A DNA stretch of 55,061 bases from NCBI GenBank assembly GCA_015492435.1, contig WGFB01000013.1:1-55061 (forward strand). Direction: 5' to 3'. The notes beneath the pieces were generated by a model, which saw only the letters and a list, made by a program, of their open reading frames with translations, was not told the DNA's origin and did no database searches. This stretch comes from Gammaproteobacteria bacterium. GTDB lineage: Bacteria; Pseudomonadota; Gammaproteobacteria; SZUA-140. A program made the translations under genes and the position numbers. This document shows, piece after piece, positions 22,634-33,916 of this stretch; the first letter of the stretch is position 1; every line of letters starts with the position of its first letter.

Positions 22634-24079
22634 CTATTTACGCCAGAATGTCGGCGTGAACAACACCAGCAGGGTGAATATCTCCAGGCGCCCGAGCAAC
22701 ATGGCCAGACAGAGCACCGCCTTGGCCACCGGGTTTATGCTTGCATAATTCGCACCCACTTCCCCCAGGCCCGGCCCGAGATTGTTGATACAGGCCGCCA
22801 CCGCCGAAAACGAGGTCACCAGATCCAGGCCGGTGGCGGCGAGGACGAGGGACATGGTGGTGAAACAGATCACGTACAGGGAGAAGAATCCCCAGATGGA
22901 ATCCATGACTTCGGGTGACAAGGCCTTGCCCCCGACTTTCACCAGGAACTGGCCGTTGGGATGAATCAGGCGCTTGATCTCGCGCACGCCCTGCTTGAGC
23001 AATAATAATACGCGCATTACCTTGAGTCCACCGCCCGTGGATCCGGCACAGCCGCCGATGAAACTGCTCAGCAGCAGCAATACCGGAAGAAAGGTAGGCC
23101 AGATATGATATTGGGCGGTGGTGAATCCCGTGGTGGTACCGATGGAGACGGCCTGGAATATTCCATGATGAAGGGCGCTGCCCGGGGTGGAGAAGGTGCC
23201 GCTGTAGTAGAGATAGCTGGTGGTGATGAGGGCCGTGATGCCCAGAAAGGTCACATAGGTCCTGAATTCCGGATCCGAGATATAGGGCTTGAGACTGAGA
23301 TTGCGCCAGGCCAGAAAGTGCAGGGCGAAATTGACACCCGCCAGCAGCATGAATACCACCGCAACCATCTCGATCAGGGTGCTGTTGAAGTAACCGATGC
23401 TGGCATCATGGGTGGAGTATCCTCCAATGGCCACGGTGGAAAAACTGTGGGCAATGGCATCGAACAGGGTCATGCCGGCAATCCAATAGGCGCCGGCGCA
23501 CAATACCGTCAGCCCCAGATAGATATACCATAGCGCCTTGGCCGTCTCGGTGATGCGTGGCGTCAGCTTGTTGTCCTTGATGGGGCCTGGCGTCTCGGCG
23601 CGGTACAACTGCATGCCGCCGATGCCCAGCATGGGCAGAATGGCCACGGCCAGGACGATGATGCCCATGCCGCCCAGCCACTGCAGTTGCTGGCGGTAAT
23701 AGAGCACCGAGTAAGGCAGATTGTCGAGCCCCACGATGACCGTCGCGCCGGTGGTTGTCAGGCCCGACAGGGACTCGAACACGGCATCCACCACAGGCAG
23801 CCCCGGATTGTACAAAAAGGGAATGGCGCCGAAAATGCCCAATACCACCCAGAACATGACCACCACGAGAAATCCGTCCCGCAGGCGCAGGTCCAGCTTG
23901 TCCTTGCGCACCGGCAGCCACAGGACGGCCCCCGCCACCAGGGTCGCCGTGAAGGTGGTGAGAAAGATTCTCATCGTACCCTCATCATACAGCCATGCCA
24001 CCAGCACGGGAGGAAGCATGGTAAAGCTGAATATGGTGAGCAGGACTCCGATGATGCGTTGTATGGCACGGCGTTGCAT
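22634..24079 (-). CDS. trkH: Trk potassium uptake membrane protein
   Basis: FESLSGLTTTGAT, QWLGGMGIIV, STVAIGG, TTTGF, GGCAGSTGGG, NNLGPGLG, GRLEIF. Confidence 0.96.
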   Translation of the reverse strand: MQRRAIQRIIGVLLTIFSFTMLPPVLVAWLYDEGTMRIFLTTFTATLVAGAVLWLPVRKDKLDLRLRDGFLVVVMFWVVLGIFGAIPFLYNPGLPVVDAVFESLSGLTTTGATVIVGLDNLPYSVLYYRQQLQWLGGMGIIVLAVAILPMLGIGGMQLYRAETPGPIKDNKLTPRITETAKALWYIYLGLTVLCAGAYWIAGMTLFDAIAHSFSTVAIGGYSTHDASIGYFNSTLIEMVAVVFMLLAGVNFALHFLAWRNLSLKPYISDPEFRTYVTFLGITALITTSYLYYSGTFSTPGSALHHGIFQAVSIGTTTGFTTAQYHIWPTFLPVLLLLSSFIGGCAGSTGGGLKVMRVLLLLKQGVREIKRLIHPNGQFLVKVGGKALSPEVMDSIWGFFSLYVICFTTMSLVLAATGLDLVTSFSAVAACINNLGPGLGEVGANYASINPVAKAVLCLAMLLGRLEIFTLLVLFTPTFWRK

Positions 24080-24123
24080 GGGGGTTCAGGTTCCTGGTGA
24101 TGCCATTCTGCGCTACGGCTGGT

Positions 24124-25497
24124 TCAAAGAAAGGTGATCCCCACCTGGAAGATGCGCTCCACTTCGGCAATGCGGTTTTTGTCCACCAGGAACAGGATGA
24201 CGTGATCCTCGGCCTGGATAACCGTGTCGTGATGGGCGATGATGACCTCGTCTCCTCGCACCACGGCGCCGATGGTGGTGCCGGGCGGCAGCTTGATTTC
24301 CTCCACCCGGCGCCCTACCACCTTGGAGGATCGCTCGTCGCCATGGGCCACGGCCTCGATGGCCTCCGCCGCGCCGCGGCGCAGTGAGTGCACCACCACC
24401 ACGTCACCACGCCGCACGTGGGCCAGCAGGCCGCCGATGGTGGCGAGTTGGGGCGAGATGGCGATATCGATGGTGCTGCTCTCCACCAGGTCCACATAAG
24501 CGCGGCGGTTGATGAGCGTCATGACCTTGCGCGCGCCCAGGCGCTTGGCCAGCATGGCGGAGAGAATATTGGATTCGTCATCGTTGGTGAGTGAACAGAA
24601 GACGTCGGCGTTCTCCACATTCTCCTCCACCAGCAGGTCCTCGTCCGCCGCGTCCCCCAGCAGCACCAGGGTCTTGTTGAGTTCCTCGGAGAGCACCTGC
24701 ACCCGCGCGGGATTGTTGTCGATGAGCTTGACCTGATACTTTTCCTCCAGTGCCGCGGCCAATCCCTTGCCGATGTTGCCGCCCCCCATGAGAATGATGC
24801 GTTTCACCTTCTTGTCGAGGCGGCGCAACTCGCTCATCACCGAACGGATATTTTCCCTGGCGGCGATGAAGAACACCTCGTCATCCACCTCGATCACCGT
24901 GTCTCCGGCCGGGATGATGGGCATGCCGCGGCGGAAGATGGCGGCTACGCGGGTATCGATGCCGGGCATGTGTTCCTTGATCTCGCGCAGTTCGTGCCCC
25001 ACCAGCGGCCCGCCATAATAGGCCCTGACCGCCACCAGCCGCACCCTGCCCCCCGCGAAGTCCAACACCTGCAATGCGCCCGGATATTCGATGAGGCGCT
25101 GGATCTGGTCGATCACCGCCTGCTCGGGGCTGATGAGCATGTCGATAGGCAAGGCCTCCTGGGCAAACAACTGGGAATGTTCCAGGTAATCGCGGGCGCG
25201 CACGCGGGCGATCTTGGTGGGCGTGTGAAACAGGGTATAGGCCACCTGGCAGGCCACCATGTTGGTCTCGTCGCTGTTGGTGACGGCGATCACCATGTCG
25301 GCGTCCTCGGCGCCCGCGCGGCGCAGCACATCGGGATGGGAGGCATGCCCCACTACCGTGCGCAGATCGAGACGGTCCTGCAGATCGTGGAGGCGCTTGG
25401 GCTGACTGTCCACCACCGTGATATCGTTGGCCTCGCGCGCCAGGTTCTCCGCCACCGAGGAACCCACCTGACCTGCCCCAAGAATGATGATTTTCAT
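24124..25497 (-). CDS. trkA: Trk potassium uptake NAD-binding subunit
   Basis: [12 protein letters not shown] and second Rossmann motif GGGNIG; two RCK pairs; 457 aa. Confidence 0.97.
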   Translation of the reverse strand: MKIIILGAGQVGSSVAENLAREANDITVVDSQPKRLHDLQDRLDLRTVVGHASHPDVLRRAGAEDADMVIAVTNSDETNMVACQVAYTLFHTPTKIARVRARDYLEHSQLFAQEALPIDMLISPEQAVIDQIQRLIEYPGALQVLDFAGGRVRLVAVRAYYGGPLVGHELREIKEHMPGIDTRVAAIFRRGMPIIPAGDTVIEVDDEVFFIAARENIRSVMSELRRLDKKVKRIILMGGGNIGKGLAAALEEKYQVKLIDNNPARVQVLSEELNKTLVLLGDAADEDLLVEENVENADVFCSLTNDDESNILSAMLAKRLGARKVMTLINRRAYVDLVESSTIDIAISPQLATIGGLLAHVRRGDVVVVHSLRRGAAEAIEAVAHGDERSSKVVGRRVEEIKLPPGTTIGAVVRGDEVIIAHHDTVIQAEDHVILFLVDKNRIAEVERIFQVGITFL

Positions 25498-25573
25498 TGT
25501 CGACTTTTCATTGATCAGATTTCATTGCCAAGCAGATGAAAGAATCATGCCCGCTTTTCGCCGCGGCGGAGAG

Positions 25574-26920
25574 TCACTTGATCCCCAGTTCTCGCAATTT
25601 GCGGTATAGATGAGTCCGCTCGATTCCAGCCACCTGGGCCACCTTGCTGATATTCCCCTCCATGAGTCCCAGCTGGTACTCGAAATAGGCCTTCTCGAAC
25701 TGCTTGCGGGCCTCGCGCAGGGCCATGTCGAAGGCGATGGGCACCTCCGTGCCGGCATGCTTGCTGCGCATGCCCAGGGCGATCTCCACGTCTTCCACCG
25801 AGATTTCCTCGTTGCGCCCCAGGATCAGCAGGCGCTGCACCAGGTTTTTCAATTCGCGCACATTCCCCGCCCAGGTGTACTGGCGCAGGCGGTTCAAGGC
25901 GCCGACGGAAAACTTGCGGTAGGGCAGGCCCTCCTGGGAGGCGAAAACGTCCACATAATATTCCAGCAATTCAGGAATGTCTTCACTGTGTTCGCGCAGG
26001 GGCGGGATCTCCACGGGCACTACGTTCAGCTGATAATACAGGTCTTCGCGGAACTTGCCCGCCTTGACCTCCTCTTCCAGGTCGCGGTGGGTGGCGGCCA
26101 CCACCCGCACGTCGATCTCGATGGGCTCCGTCCCGCCCACCCGTAAAAAAGAGCGTGTCTCCAGGGCGCTCAGGAACCGTGCCTGCACGGTGGCATCCAT
26201 GTCGGCCACCTCGCTCAGGAACAAGGTGCCGCCATTGGCCTGCTCCAGATAGCCATAGTGGATGCCGCCGTCCGTCTCGCTGCCAAACAGCTCGTTGGCG
26301 GCGCGTTCTCCCGCTATGGCGCCCACGCCCACCTCGATGAAGGGGCCGTCGGCGCGCGGGCTGTTGAAATGCAGGTAACGGGCGAAAACTTCCTTGCCGC
26401 TGCCCGGCTCCCCCCTGATGAGCACCCAGGCATTGTGCTGGGCGATGCGCCGTACTTGTTCCTTGAGGGCCTGCATGGTCTTGCTCTTGCCGACGGGCTC
26501 GATGAGGGGCTGTGCGTATTTCTTCAGGCCGATGTTCTCCCGCCGCAGGCGGTCGGCCTCCAGAGCGCGCCTGACCACCAACAGCAGCTTGGACAGGGAA
26601 AGCGGCTTCTCCACGAAATCATAGGCCCCCAGGCGGGTAGCCTCGACGGCGGTTTCCACGGTGCCGTGACCGGAAATCATGATCACGGGAGCGACGGGCC
26701 GGTTGCCGGGCGACCATTCCTTCAACAGGGTGATGCCGTCCGTGTCCGGCAGCCACACGTCGAGCAACACCAGGTCGGGGCGCCGCACGCGCAGGGCATG
26801 ACGGGCCTCGGCGGCATTCTCCACCGCTTCCACTTCGTAGCCTTCATCCTCAAGGATCTCCTTGATCAATTCACGGATGTCGCGCTCGTCGTCCACCACC
26901 AGAACGTAGGGTGCGCTCAT
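25574..26920 (-). CDS. ntrX: NtrX-type response regulator (REC, AAA+, HTH)
   Basis: VLVVDDE, LLDVWLP, GEPGSGKE, FREDLYYQLNV, WAGNVREL, Fis-type HTH; GAFTGA loop absent; conserved rsmB-DUF4390-ntrY-ntrX-trkA synteny. Confidence 0.88.
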   Translation of the reverse strand: MSAPYVLVVDDERDIRELIKEILEDEGYEVEAVENAAEARHALRVRRPDLVLLDVWLPDTDGITLLKEWSPGNRPVAPVIMISGHGTVETAVEATRLGAYDFVEKPLSLSKLLLVVRRALEADRLRRENIGLKKYAQPLIEPVGKSKTMQALKEQVRRIAQHNAWVLIRGEPGSGKEVFARYLHFNSPRADGPFIEVGVGAIAGERAANELFGSETDGGIHYGYLEQANGGTLFLSEVADMDATVQARFLSALETRSFLRVGGTEPIEIDVRVVAATHRDLEEEVKAGKFREDLYYQLNVVPVEIPPLREHSEDIPELLEYYVDVFASQEGLPYRKFSVGALNRLRQYTWAGNVRELKNLVQRLLILGRNEEISVEDVEIALGMRSKHAGTEVPIAFDMALREARKQFEKAYFEYQLGLMEGNISKVAQVAGIERTHLYRKLRELGIK

Positions 26921-29196
26921 AGGGATTGCTCCTTGTCATCCTGTTGCAGGATGCGTTCTCCGCCTTCCAGATATTCGTCGCTCACTTCCAGGATATCCTC
27001 ATGGTGCGCCCGCTGCTCTCCGTCAGGCTGCGCCGCGCGCAAGGGCAGATGAATGATCACTTCGGCCCCTCCGCCGGCGGGGTTCTCCACGCGGATGCTG
27101 CCTCCGTGCTCCTCGACAATTTTCTTGACCACCGCCAGGCCCAGGCCGCTGCCCTTGGGCTTGGTCGTCACGTACGGCTCGAAGAAATGGCCCATCATCT
27201 TCCCGGAGATGCCGGGGCCGTTGTCCCTGATCCGCAATTCAAGCACATCCTGTCCATGGGCGGAAGCGATACGGGTGCTGATATGAATTTCACAGGGCTT
27301 TCCCTGCGCCGCTTCCAGGGAATTCTTGATGAGGTTGTGCAGCAACTGGCGCATGCGCCCCACGTCCAGCTTCAGGGCGGGCAGGTCCGGAGCCAGCGCC
27401 GTTTCGAAACGGCAGGCGTCCTTGTGCCCTCGATACAGGTCCAGTACCTCATCTATGATCTTGTTGATATCCACGATCCGCAGGTCCAGGTCCGGAGTCC
27501 GGGCATAGTCGGAAAAGGCCTGCACCATGTCCCGCATGACCTCCACCTGCTGCACGATGGTGTGGGTGGAGCGGTCGAGCACGCCGGCGTCTTCGGGGCT
27601 CATGCGTGACAGATACTTGTGCCGCAGGCGCTCCGCGGACAGCCGGATGGGCGTAAGGGGATTCTTGATCTCGTGGGCCAGGCGCCGCGCCACTTCGCCC
27701 CAGGCGGCATCGCGCTGCGCCTGGACCAGCGCCGTCACATCTTCCACCACGATGACATGACCTGCCGCGCGGCCCTCGACCCTGGGAAGGGCGGCGCCAC
27801 GGCACATCAACACCTGCCTCCCGCCCCCTTTGTAGACGGTGATCTCCTTACGCCAGTCCTCGCCGCTTTCGAGCCCCTCAAGCACGGCGCCGGCAAGCTG
27901 CCCGCCCGTCTCCCCCGTGGCGGACAGCTCCCGCACCGGAAGCCCCACGATGTCCTTGAGTTCCACGCCGAGAATATGGCTGAAGGCCGAGTTGGCCGTG
28001 CGGATCACCCGGTGCCTGTCCAGGGTCATGACCCCCGAGGACAGGCGCCCCAGCACGGCCCGGAGATAGGCCCGCTCGCGGCGCACCTGCCGCTGGCTGC
28101 GCTCCGCCTCGTCGCGCGCCTGGGAGATTTTCTCCGTCATCTCGTTGAAAGACTCCACCAGAAAACCCAGCTCGTCATTGGAATAGGAAGGCAGGCGTTT
28201 GTTGTAGTGCCCGCTGGCCACCGACCGGGTGCCGATGACCAGCACCCGGATAGGCGCCACCAGGCGCCGGGCCGCGAAGAAAGCCGCCCACACGGCGAAC
28301 AGGAAACTCAGCAGCAGCACCAGGGACAGGGTGACCGTGAAACTGAACTTGAGGGGCTTGCGCAGATAGACCAGTTGCTGGTACTGGCTGTATCCCGACT
28401 GCACATTGCCCGCCAGTAATTGCATCTGATCCGATACGGGGAACAGGGAATTGAGCACCCAGCGCTCGCCAATCGTCTCGGGAGACGGATTGCCGATGAC
28501 CACGCGGATGAACAGCCCCTGGTCGCTGATCTCTTCCAGCCCGATATAATCAGTGCCTCCCTGCACTTGCAGCAGAATGCTTTCTGGCGGCATGTTGGGC
28601 AACAGGGCCGTGGAATTGGCGCTGCTGGAGGCGATGATATGGTCGCCTCGGCCGATGAGGACCAGTTCGTAGGCGCCGTGCGCCTCGCGCAGGTCCGTCA
28701 ACTTCAGGGCAAGCTGCTTGTTCCCGGCGTCGGACAGGGCCGCCACGATGGCGCGCGCCTTCTTCAGATAGGTGAGCTTGCGCTCGTCCAGGGACTTGCG
28801 GCTCAGGGCCAGGGCGTCGTCGAAGGCCTTCTCGATGCGCACGTCGAACCAGCTGTCGATGCCCCGCTCGATGAAGCGCAGTGAAAAATAGTAGACCACG
28901 GACACCGGCGCCAGGGCAATGACGACGAACATCACCACCAGGCGCATGGTCAGGCGCGAACCGGTGGCGTGATTGCGGTATTGCTGGATAAGCCGGTAGA
29001 GATTGGAGGCGATCAGCACCAGCAGAATAATGGTGGCCAGAATGTTGATGACCAGCAAGGGCAGATAGATGCGCCCGAATTGTTCGGAGTTCTCCGTCGC
29101 CGCGCTCATCAGATAGAGAGAGGCAATGAGAAACACAAAAAGAATGAAAATGGGCAGGAAGCCGCTGCTGAGGCGCTTCAGTCTTGGATGGACCAT
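26917..29196 (-). CDS. ntrY: NtrY-type sensor histidine kinase (TM, HAMP, PAS, HisKA, HATPase)
   Basis: AWGEVARRLAHEIKNPLTPI H-box, NLIKNS, DNGPG, EPYVTTK, GSGLGLA. Exact start uncertain. Confidence 0.9.
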   Translation of the reverse strand: MVHPRLKRLSSGFLPIFILFVFLIASLYLMSAATENSEQFGRIYLPLLVINILATIILLVLIASNLYRLIQQYRNHATGSRLTMRLVVMFVVIALAPVSVVYYFSLRFIERGIDSWFDVRIEKAFDDALALSRKSLDERKLTYLKKARAIVAALSDAGNKQLALKLTDLREAHGAYELVLIGRGDHIIASSSANSTALLPNMPPESILLQVQGGTDYIGLEEISDQGLFIRVVIGNPSPETIGERWVLNSLFPVSDQMQLLAGNVQSGYSQYQQLVYLRKPLKFSFTVTLSLVLLLSFLFAVWAAFFAARRLVAPIRVLVIGTRSVASGHYNKRLPSYSNDELGFLVESFNEMTEKISQARDEAERSQRQVRRERAYLRAVLGRLSSGVMTLDRHRVIRTANSAFSHILGVELKDIVGLPVRELSATGETGGQLAGAVLEGLESGEDWRKEITVYKGGGRQVLMCRGAALPRVEGRAAGHVIVVEDVTALVQAQRDAAWGEVARRLAHEIKNPLTPIRLSAERLRHKYLSRMSPEDAGVLDRSTHTIVQQVEVMRDMVQAFSDYARTPDLDLRIVDINKIIDEVLDLYRGHKDACRFETALAPDLPALKLDVGRMRQLLHNLIKNSLEAAQGKPCEIHISTRIASAHGQDVLELRIRDNGPGISGKMMGHFFEPYVTTKPKGSGLGLAVVKKIVEEHGGSIRVENPAGGGAEVIIHLPLRAAQPDGEQRAHHEDILEVSDEYLEGGERILQQDDKEQSL

Positions 29197-29717
29197 GTAA
29201 ACCATTCGCTCTTCATACGCCAGTCCGTGGTGACATAGGAACGCAGCCGCAGGGGTACGGGCAGGGCATCATCATCGAGCTTGAACAGGATGCGCCCCAC
29301 ATAGCGGGCACCGGAATCGAGCAGGTTGGCATCCAGGATGGGCAGGCGCACGACCGTGCCCAGCACGGACAGGGCCGCCTCCAGGCTGGGTATGCTGTGC
29401 CGTGAGCCGCTGTTGCGGTTGATGATCAGGTATTGCTGGGTAAGGGCCTGATATTCCAGGCGGTAGAGCTGTCCCAGGGTCGCGAAGATATCGTCGGCCC
29501 AGAATTCGCGCTGGCGGATGATCTCGATGCGCAGCCTGAAATCCAGCGGCACCCCCTCATGGAGGGCATCAATCATGGGTTCACTGAGACGGATGGTTGC
29601 CGAGGCGCTCAGATACAGAACGTCATCGATGAGTTCGGTATGGGCCTCGTTGATTTCGATGCCATGGGCGCGCGCGGGACCCGCATGGACCGCCAAGGGC
29701 GCCATGCCCGCCAGGAT
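29178..29717 (-). CDS. DUF4390 domain protein
   Basis: DALHEGVPL, YRLEYQALTQQY, LPVPLR; sits between rsmB and ntrY. Start uncertain (ORF extends to 29861). Confidence 0.8.
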   Translation of the reverse strand: MLAGMAPLAVHAGPARAHGIEINEAHTELIDDVLYLSASATIRLSEPMIDALHEGVPLDFRLRIEIIRQREFWADDIFATLGQLYRLEYQALTQQYLIINRNSGSRHSIPSLEAALSVLGTVVRLPILDANLLDSGARYVGRILFKLDDDALPVPLRLRSYVTTDWRMKSEWFTWSIQD

Positions 29718-29811
29718 CATCCATGTCAGGGAACGGGGCGCCAGGTGCCGGATCCATCCGGAAAAGCGGAGCAACAGGCCGGAGCCTGCCGGAACGCCCT
29801 GGTGCTGGCGC

Positions 29812-31152
29812 CTAGCCTTTCCTGATGCAGGCATAATAAAACCCATCCATCTCGTCCTCACCAGGCAGTATCTGCCTGCCTGTCGTCATATCCCGCCCCC
29901 AGGCGCCCGCGATGGGTACGGCAAGCGCATCCCGGTGTGAGGCAAGGAAATTCTCCACCTGACGGTGATTTTCACCGGGGAACACCGAACAGGTGGCGTA
30001 GAGCAGCAGGCCTCCCGGCCTCAACAGCGGCCATAGCGCCCGTAACAATCTGGACTGTAACCGAATCAGGGCCCCGATGTCATCGCGTTCGCGCAGAATC
30101 TTGATGTCCGGATTGCGCCGTATCACGCCGCTGGCGGAGCACGGGGCATCCAGCAGGATACGGTCGAAAGGCTGCCCGTCCCACCACGTCTCCGGCGCGG
30201 CGGCATCCCCCCGCACCAGGGTTACCCGCGCGGCCGTGCGCCGCACGTTCTCACGCATCCGCTCCAGGCGCGCCACATCCACTTCCACGGCCACCAGCTC
30301 ACCCACGGCCGGTTGACACTCGAAGATATGACAGGCCTTGCCCCCCGGCGCGGCGCAGGCGTCCAGCACACGCTGTCCCGGCCGGGCATCGAGCAGCGGC
30401 GCCGCCAGTTGCGCGGCCGCGTCCTGAACGGACACTGCGCCCTGGGCGAAACCCGGCAGCCGTTCCGCGTCCACCGGTGTCTCCAGCACAATGGCCGAAT
30501 CCGCATGGGCTGCGGCGTGGCCGCGCAAGCCTGCCCGCTCCAGCCCGGCAAGATAGGTTTCACGCGAAGACTGACGGCAGTTGACGCGCAAGGTCATGGG
30601 AGGATGCCGGTTGTTGGCATGCAATATGGACCGCCACGCATCGGGCCAGTCCGACCTGAGCTGGTCGATCATCCAGCGGGGATGGGCATAGCGCCCCACC
30701 TCGTCGCGGTCCACGGCCTCCCGCACCTCGTCCCGGCGGCGCAGAAAATTGCGCAAGACGCCGTTGACCATCCCCCTCATCCAGGACTTGCCGGATTGCC
30801 CCACCCCGTTGACCGTTTCGGAAACAGCCGCGTGCGGGGGCACGCGCATGTACATGAGCTGATAGAGCCCCAGGAGCAGCAGACACTGGATGTCGCAGTC
30901 GCGCGCCTTCAGGGGCCGCCGCAGGAGGTGTGCCAGCACGCACTGCAGGCGCGGCTGCCAGCGCAGCACCCCGTAACACAGGGCCTGAGCCAGGGCGCGC
31001 TCCTCCCCGCTCAGCCTTTCCAGGGCCGCCGGCAGCGCCGCCGCCAGGGAGCGCCGCCGGCAGCATACCGCCTCCAGCACTTCCATCGCGGCCATCCTGG
31101 CATCGGTGGCCCGGTCCCTGCCGCCGGCGGGCTGGCGGCGCCCCTCACTCAC
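29812..31152 (-). CDS. rsmB: 16S rRNA m5C967 methyltransferase
   Basis: NusB-like N-terminus ([14 protein letters not shown]), [36 protein letters not shown] start overlaps the fmt stop. Confidence 0.95.
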   Translation of the reverse strand: MSEGRRQPAGGRDRATDARMAAMEVLEAVCCRRRSLAAALPAALERLSGEERALAQALCYGVLRWQPRLQCVLAHLLRRPLKARDCDIQCLLLLGLYQLMYMRVPPHAAVSETVNGVGQSGKSWMRGMVNGVLRNFLRRRDEVREAVDRDEVGRYAHPRWMIDQLRSDWPDAWRSILHANNRHPPMTLRVNCRQSSRETYLAGLERAGLRGHAAAHADSAIVLETPVDAERLPGFAQGAVSVQDAAAQLAAPLLDARPGQRVLDACAAPGGKACHIFECQPAVGELVAVEVDVARLERMRENVRRTAARVTLVRGDAAAPETWWDGQPFDRILLDAPCSASGVIRRNPDIKILRERDDIGALIRLQSRLLRALWPLLRPGGLLLYATCSVFPGENHRQVENFLASHRDALAVPIAGAWGRDMTTGRQILPGEDEMDGFYYACIRKG

Positions 31153-32089
31153 CCAGCACCGTCCCGGCAGCCAGAGGGTGCGCGTTAAGAAACGCGCCCA
31201 CCGCCATGGCCCTGCCGCCCGCGGCCTGCACCTCGAGAAGGCGCAATATCCCCATGCCGGTGGCCACATCGACACCTTCCCTGTCGGCCGCCGTGACGGT
31301 GCCGGGCGGTTGAGGCACGTCTCCGGGAAAGCACCGCGCCCGCCAGACCCGCAGCCGTTCGCCCGCCAGCCAGGTGTAGGAAACCGGCCAGGGATTGAAG
31401 GCGCGCACCTCGCGCTCCAAAACCTGGGCCGCTTTGCGCCAGTCCAGGCACGCCTCGGCCTTGCTCAGCTTGGGTGCGTAACAGGCCTGGGCATCGTCCT
31501 GGGGCCGGGGCGTGATGCGCCCCGCCAGCCAGGCCTCCAGGGCCTCCATCAGGGTGCTTGCGCCCAAGCGGGCGAGCTTGTCGTGCAGCGTGCCGCCCGT
31601 GTCATCGGGCGCAATGGGACAGGGCGCGCGCATGAGCATGTCTCCCGTATCCAGTCCGGCATCCATCTGGATGATGGTGATGCCCGTTTCGCGGTCACCG
31701 GCGAGGATGGCACGCTGAATGGGCGCGGCGCCGCGCCAGCGCGGCAGCAGGGATGCGTGGATATTGATACACCCCATTCGGGGTATGGCCAGGACTTCGG
31801 GAGGCAGCAACAGGCCGTAGGCCACCACCACCATGAGATCCGCCTCCTGGGCCCGCAATTCGTCCCATGCCCGGGGGTCCTTCAGTGTTTCCGGCTGAAA
31901 CACGGGGATGCCATGGGACTGCGCCAGGCGTTTCACGGGGCTGGGCCGCGGGCGGCGTCCGCGCCCGGCCGGGCGGTCGGGCTGGGTGTACACGGCACAG
32001 ACCTGGTGCCGCGAGTCCACCAGGGCCCGCAGGGGGTGGGTGGCGAATTCCGGCGTGCCGGCAAAGACGATCCTGAGTATTTCGGGCAT
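31145..32089 (-). CDS. fmt: Methionyl-tRNA formyltransferase
   Basis: [49 protein letters not shown]. Confidence 0.98.
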   Translation of the reverse strand: MPEILRIVFAGTPEFATHPLRALVDSRHQVCAVYTQPDRPAGRGRRPRPSPVKRLAQSHGIPVFQPETLKDPRAWDELRAQEADLMVVVAYGLLLPPEVLAIPRMGCINIHASLLPRWRGAAPIQRAILAGDRETGITIIQMDAGLDTGDMLMRAPCPIAPDDTGGTLHDKLARLGASTLMEALEAWLAGRITPRPQDDAQACYAPKLSKAEACLDWRKAAQVLEREVRAFNPWPVSYTWLAGERLRVWRARCFPGDVPQPPGTVTAADREGVDVATGMGILRLLEVQAAGGRAMAVGAFLNAHPLAAGTVLGE

Positions 32090-32125
32090 GGCGTGAGAGG
32101 GCGATTTTAAGCGAAGAAAGACAGG

Positions 32126-32629
32126 CTACATGGCCTGACGCCGAGCCTTCTCCATTTTCTTGCGAATCCGTTTGCGCTTCATCTCGGTGAGATAATCGAC
32201 GAACAGCTTGCCATCGAGGTGGTCGATCTCATGCTGGAGGCACACCGCCAGAAGCCCTTCCGCCTCGACCTCCAGCGCCCCGCCATCCCGGTCCAGCCCC
32301 CTGGCCACGACACGCGCGGCGCGCTCCACGCCCTCGCTGATGCCGGGCACGGAGAGGCAGCCCTCATCGCTCTTCTGGCTGCCCTCGCGCAGCGTGATCT
32401 CCGGGTTGACGAGCGCCAGGGGCTCGTTGCGTTTCTCACTTATATCTATGACAATCAATCGCTTGCTGATGTTTATCTGGGGCGCGGCGAGGCCGATGCC
32501 AGGCGCCGCGTACATGGTTTCGAACATATCGTCGATGAGCATGCGGATTTCGTCGTCCACCCTGGCAACAGGCGCGGCCTTGAAACGCAGGCGCGGGTCC
32601 GGATAGTGCAAAATGTGATGTATGGCCAT
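32126..32629 (-). CDS. def: Peptide deformylase
   Basis: [22 protein letters not shown]. Confidence 0.98.
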   Translation of the reverse strand: MAIHHILHYPDPRLRFKAAPVARVDDEIRMLIDDMFETMYAAPGIGLAAPQINISKRLIVIDISEKRNEPLALVNPEITLREGSQKSDEGCLSVPGISEGVERAARVVARGLDRDGGALEVEAEGLLAVCLQHEIDHLDGKLFVDYLTEMKRKRIRKKMEKARRQAM

Positions 32630-32791
32630 GTGTTTTGCGGTGATTATGCTATATCTGTGGGTTCGCAATCCGGCGCCAGCCGGGAACTCTCGTGTGAATC
32701 TTAAAGGATTCCACCTGCTGCACGCTATAGTTGTTGTGAACTGATTGTTTTGACTACACTCCCAATGGATAAATTCATCAAGGCGGTGGAA

Positions 32792-33835
32792 ATGTACGGC
32801 AGAACGCTATTTGTGGCCCTCGTCATGCTGATGGCCTCCGCAACCCCGCCGCTGGCGGACACCCTCAAGCTCAAGGAAGACCACCCCGAGCGTTACGTCG
32901 TGGTCAAGGGCGATACCCTGTGGGACATTTCCTCACGCTTTCTTGAAGATCCCTGGCTATGGCCGGAGATCTGGCAGCTCAACCCCGACATCGAGAACCC
33001 CCATCTCATCTATCCCGGCGATGTCATCAGCCTGGTATACGTGGATGGCAAGCCACGCCTGCGCATTGAACGGCGTGGACGCCCTATCGTCAAGCTCTCC
33101 CCCCAGGCGCGCTTCTCGGAGCTGGAAAGCGCCATCCCGACCATACCCGCCGACGCCATCAGGCAATTCCTGCTCTACCCGCGCATTATCAGCGAAGAGG
33201 AACTGGAGCAGACGGGCTATGTCGTCGCCCATGACGAAGGGAAACTTATCAGCGGAACCGGGGACCGGGTCTACGTGCGCAATCTCGACACGCAGGCAGG
33301 CAAGGAATACCGCATCATCCGGCCCGGAGACGCCTACCGCAACCCAGGGGCGAAAAAGAAGGACATCCTCGGCTTCGAGGCCCTGCAGGTGGCAACCGCC
33401 AAGCTGGTGCGCGGGGGAGACCCTTCCACGCTCCTCGTTACCCACGCTTCCCGCGAGATCCTGATCGGCGACCGCATCATACCCTTGGAAAACGAGGACA
33501 AACTGGATTATTTCTTCCTACCCCACCGTCCCGGCAAACCTGTTGAAGGCTATGTCATCTCTGTGCTGGACGGGGTTTCCCGCATTGGCCAGTATCACAC
33601 GGTGGTCCTCAACAAGGGCCGGAACGACGGACTCGAAGCCGGTCATGTGCTGGTGATTCACCAGACGGGTCATGTCATTCGCGATACTGTCGCCCGCCGG
33701 GGCGCCAAGGTGCAACTGCCCAGGGAACGCGCCGGCATCGTGCTGGTGGTGCGCACCTTTGACAAGGTCAGTTACGGCCTGGTCATGGAGGCGTTCCGTG
33801 ACATGCGCGTGTATGATACATTTACCCAGCCGTAG
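32792..33835 (+). CDS. LysM peptidoglycan-binding protein (TsaP-like)
   Basis: Signal peptide; [30 protein letters not shown] LysM domain; conserved def/LysM-dprA synteny. Confidence 0.88.
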   Translation: MYGRTLFVALVMLMASATPPLADTLKLKEDHPERYVVVKGDTLWDISSRFLEDPWLWPEIWQLNPDIENPHLIYPGDVISLVYVDGKPRLRIERRGRPIVKLSPQARFSELESAIPTIPADAIRQFLLYPRIISEEELEQTGYVVAHDEGKLISGTGDRVYVRNLDTQAGKEYRIIRPGDAYRNPGAKKKDILGFEALQVATAKLVRGGDPSTLLVTHASREILIGDRIIPLENEDKLDYFFLPHRPGKPVEGYVISVLDGVSRIGQYHTVVLNKGRNDGLEAGHVLVIHQTGHVIRDTVARRGAKVQLPRERAGIVLVVRTFDKVSYGLVMEAFRDMRVYDTFTQP

Positions 33836-33916
33836 CTGAACTCTGCGCGGCCCGGGAACCAGAACAAACGATAACGGCTTTTCATTCAGGACACGCCCGG
33901 CTTCAGGGAAGAGGCC

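Noticed and set aside
25574-26920. AAA+ regulator lacking the GAFTGA sigma-54 contact loop
   Set aside because: Already known for NtrX-type regulators in this conserved gene cluster.
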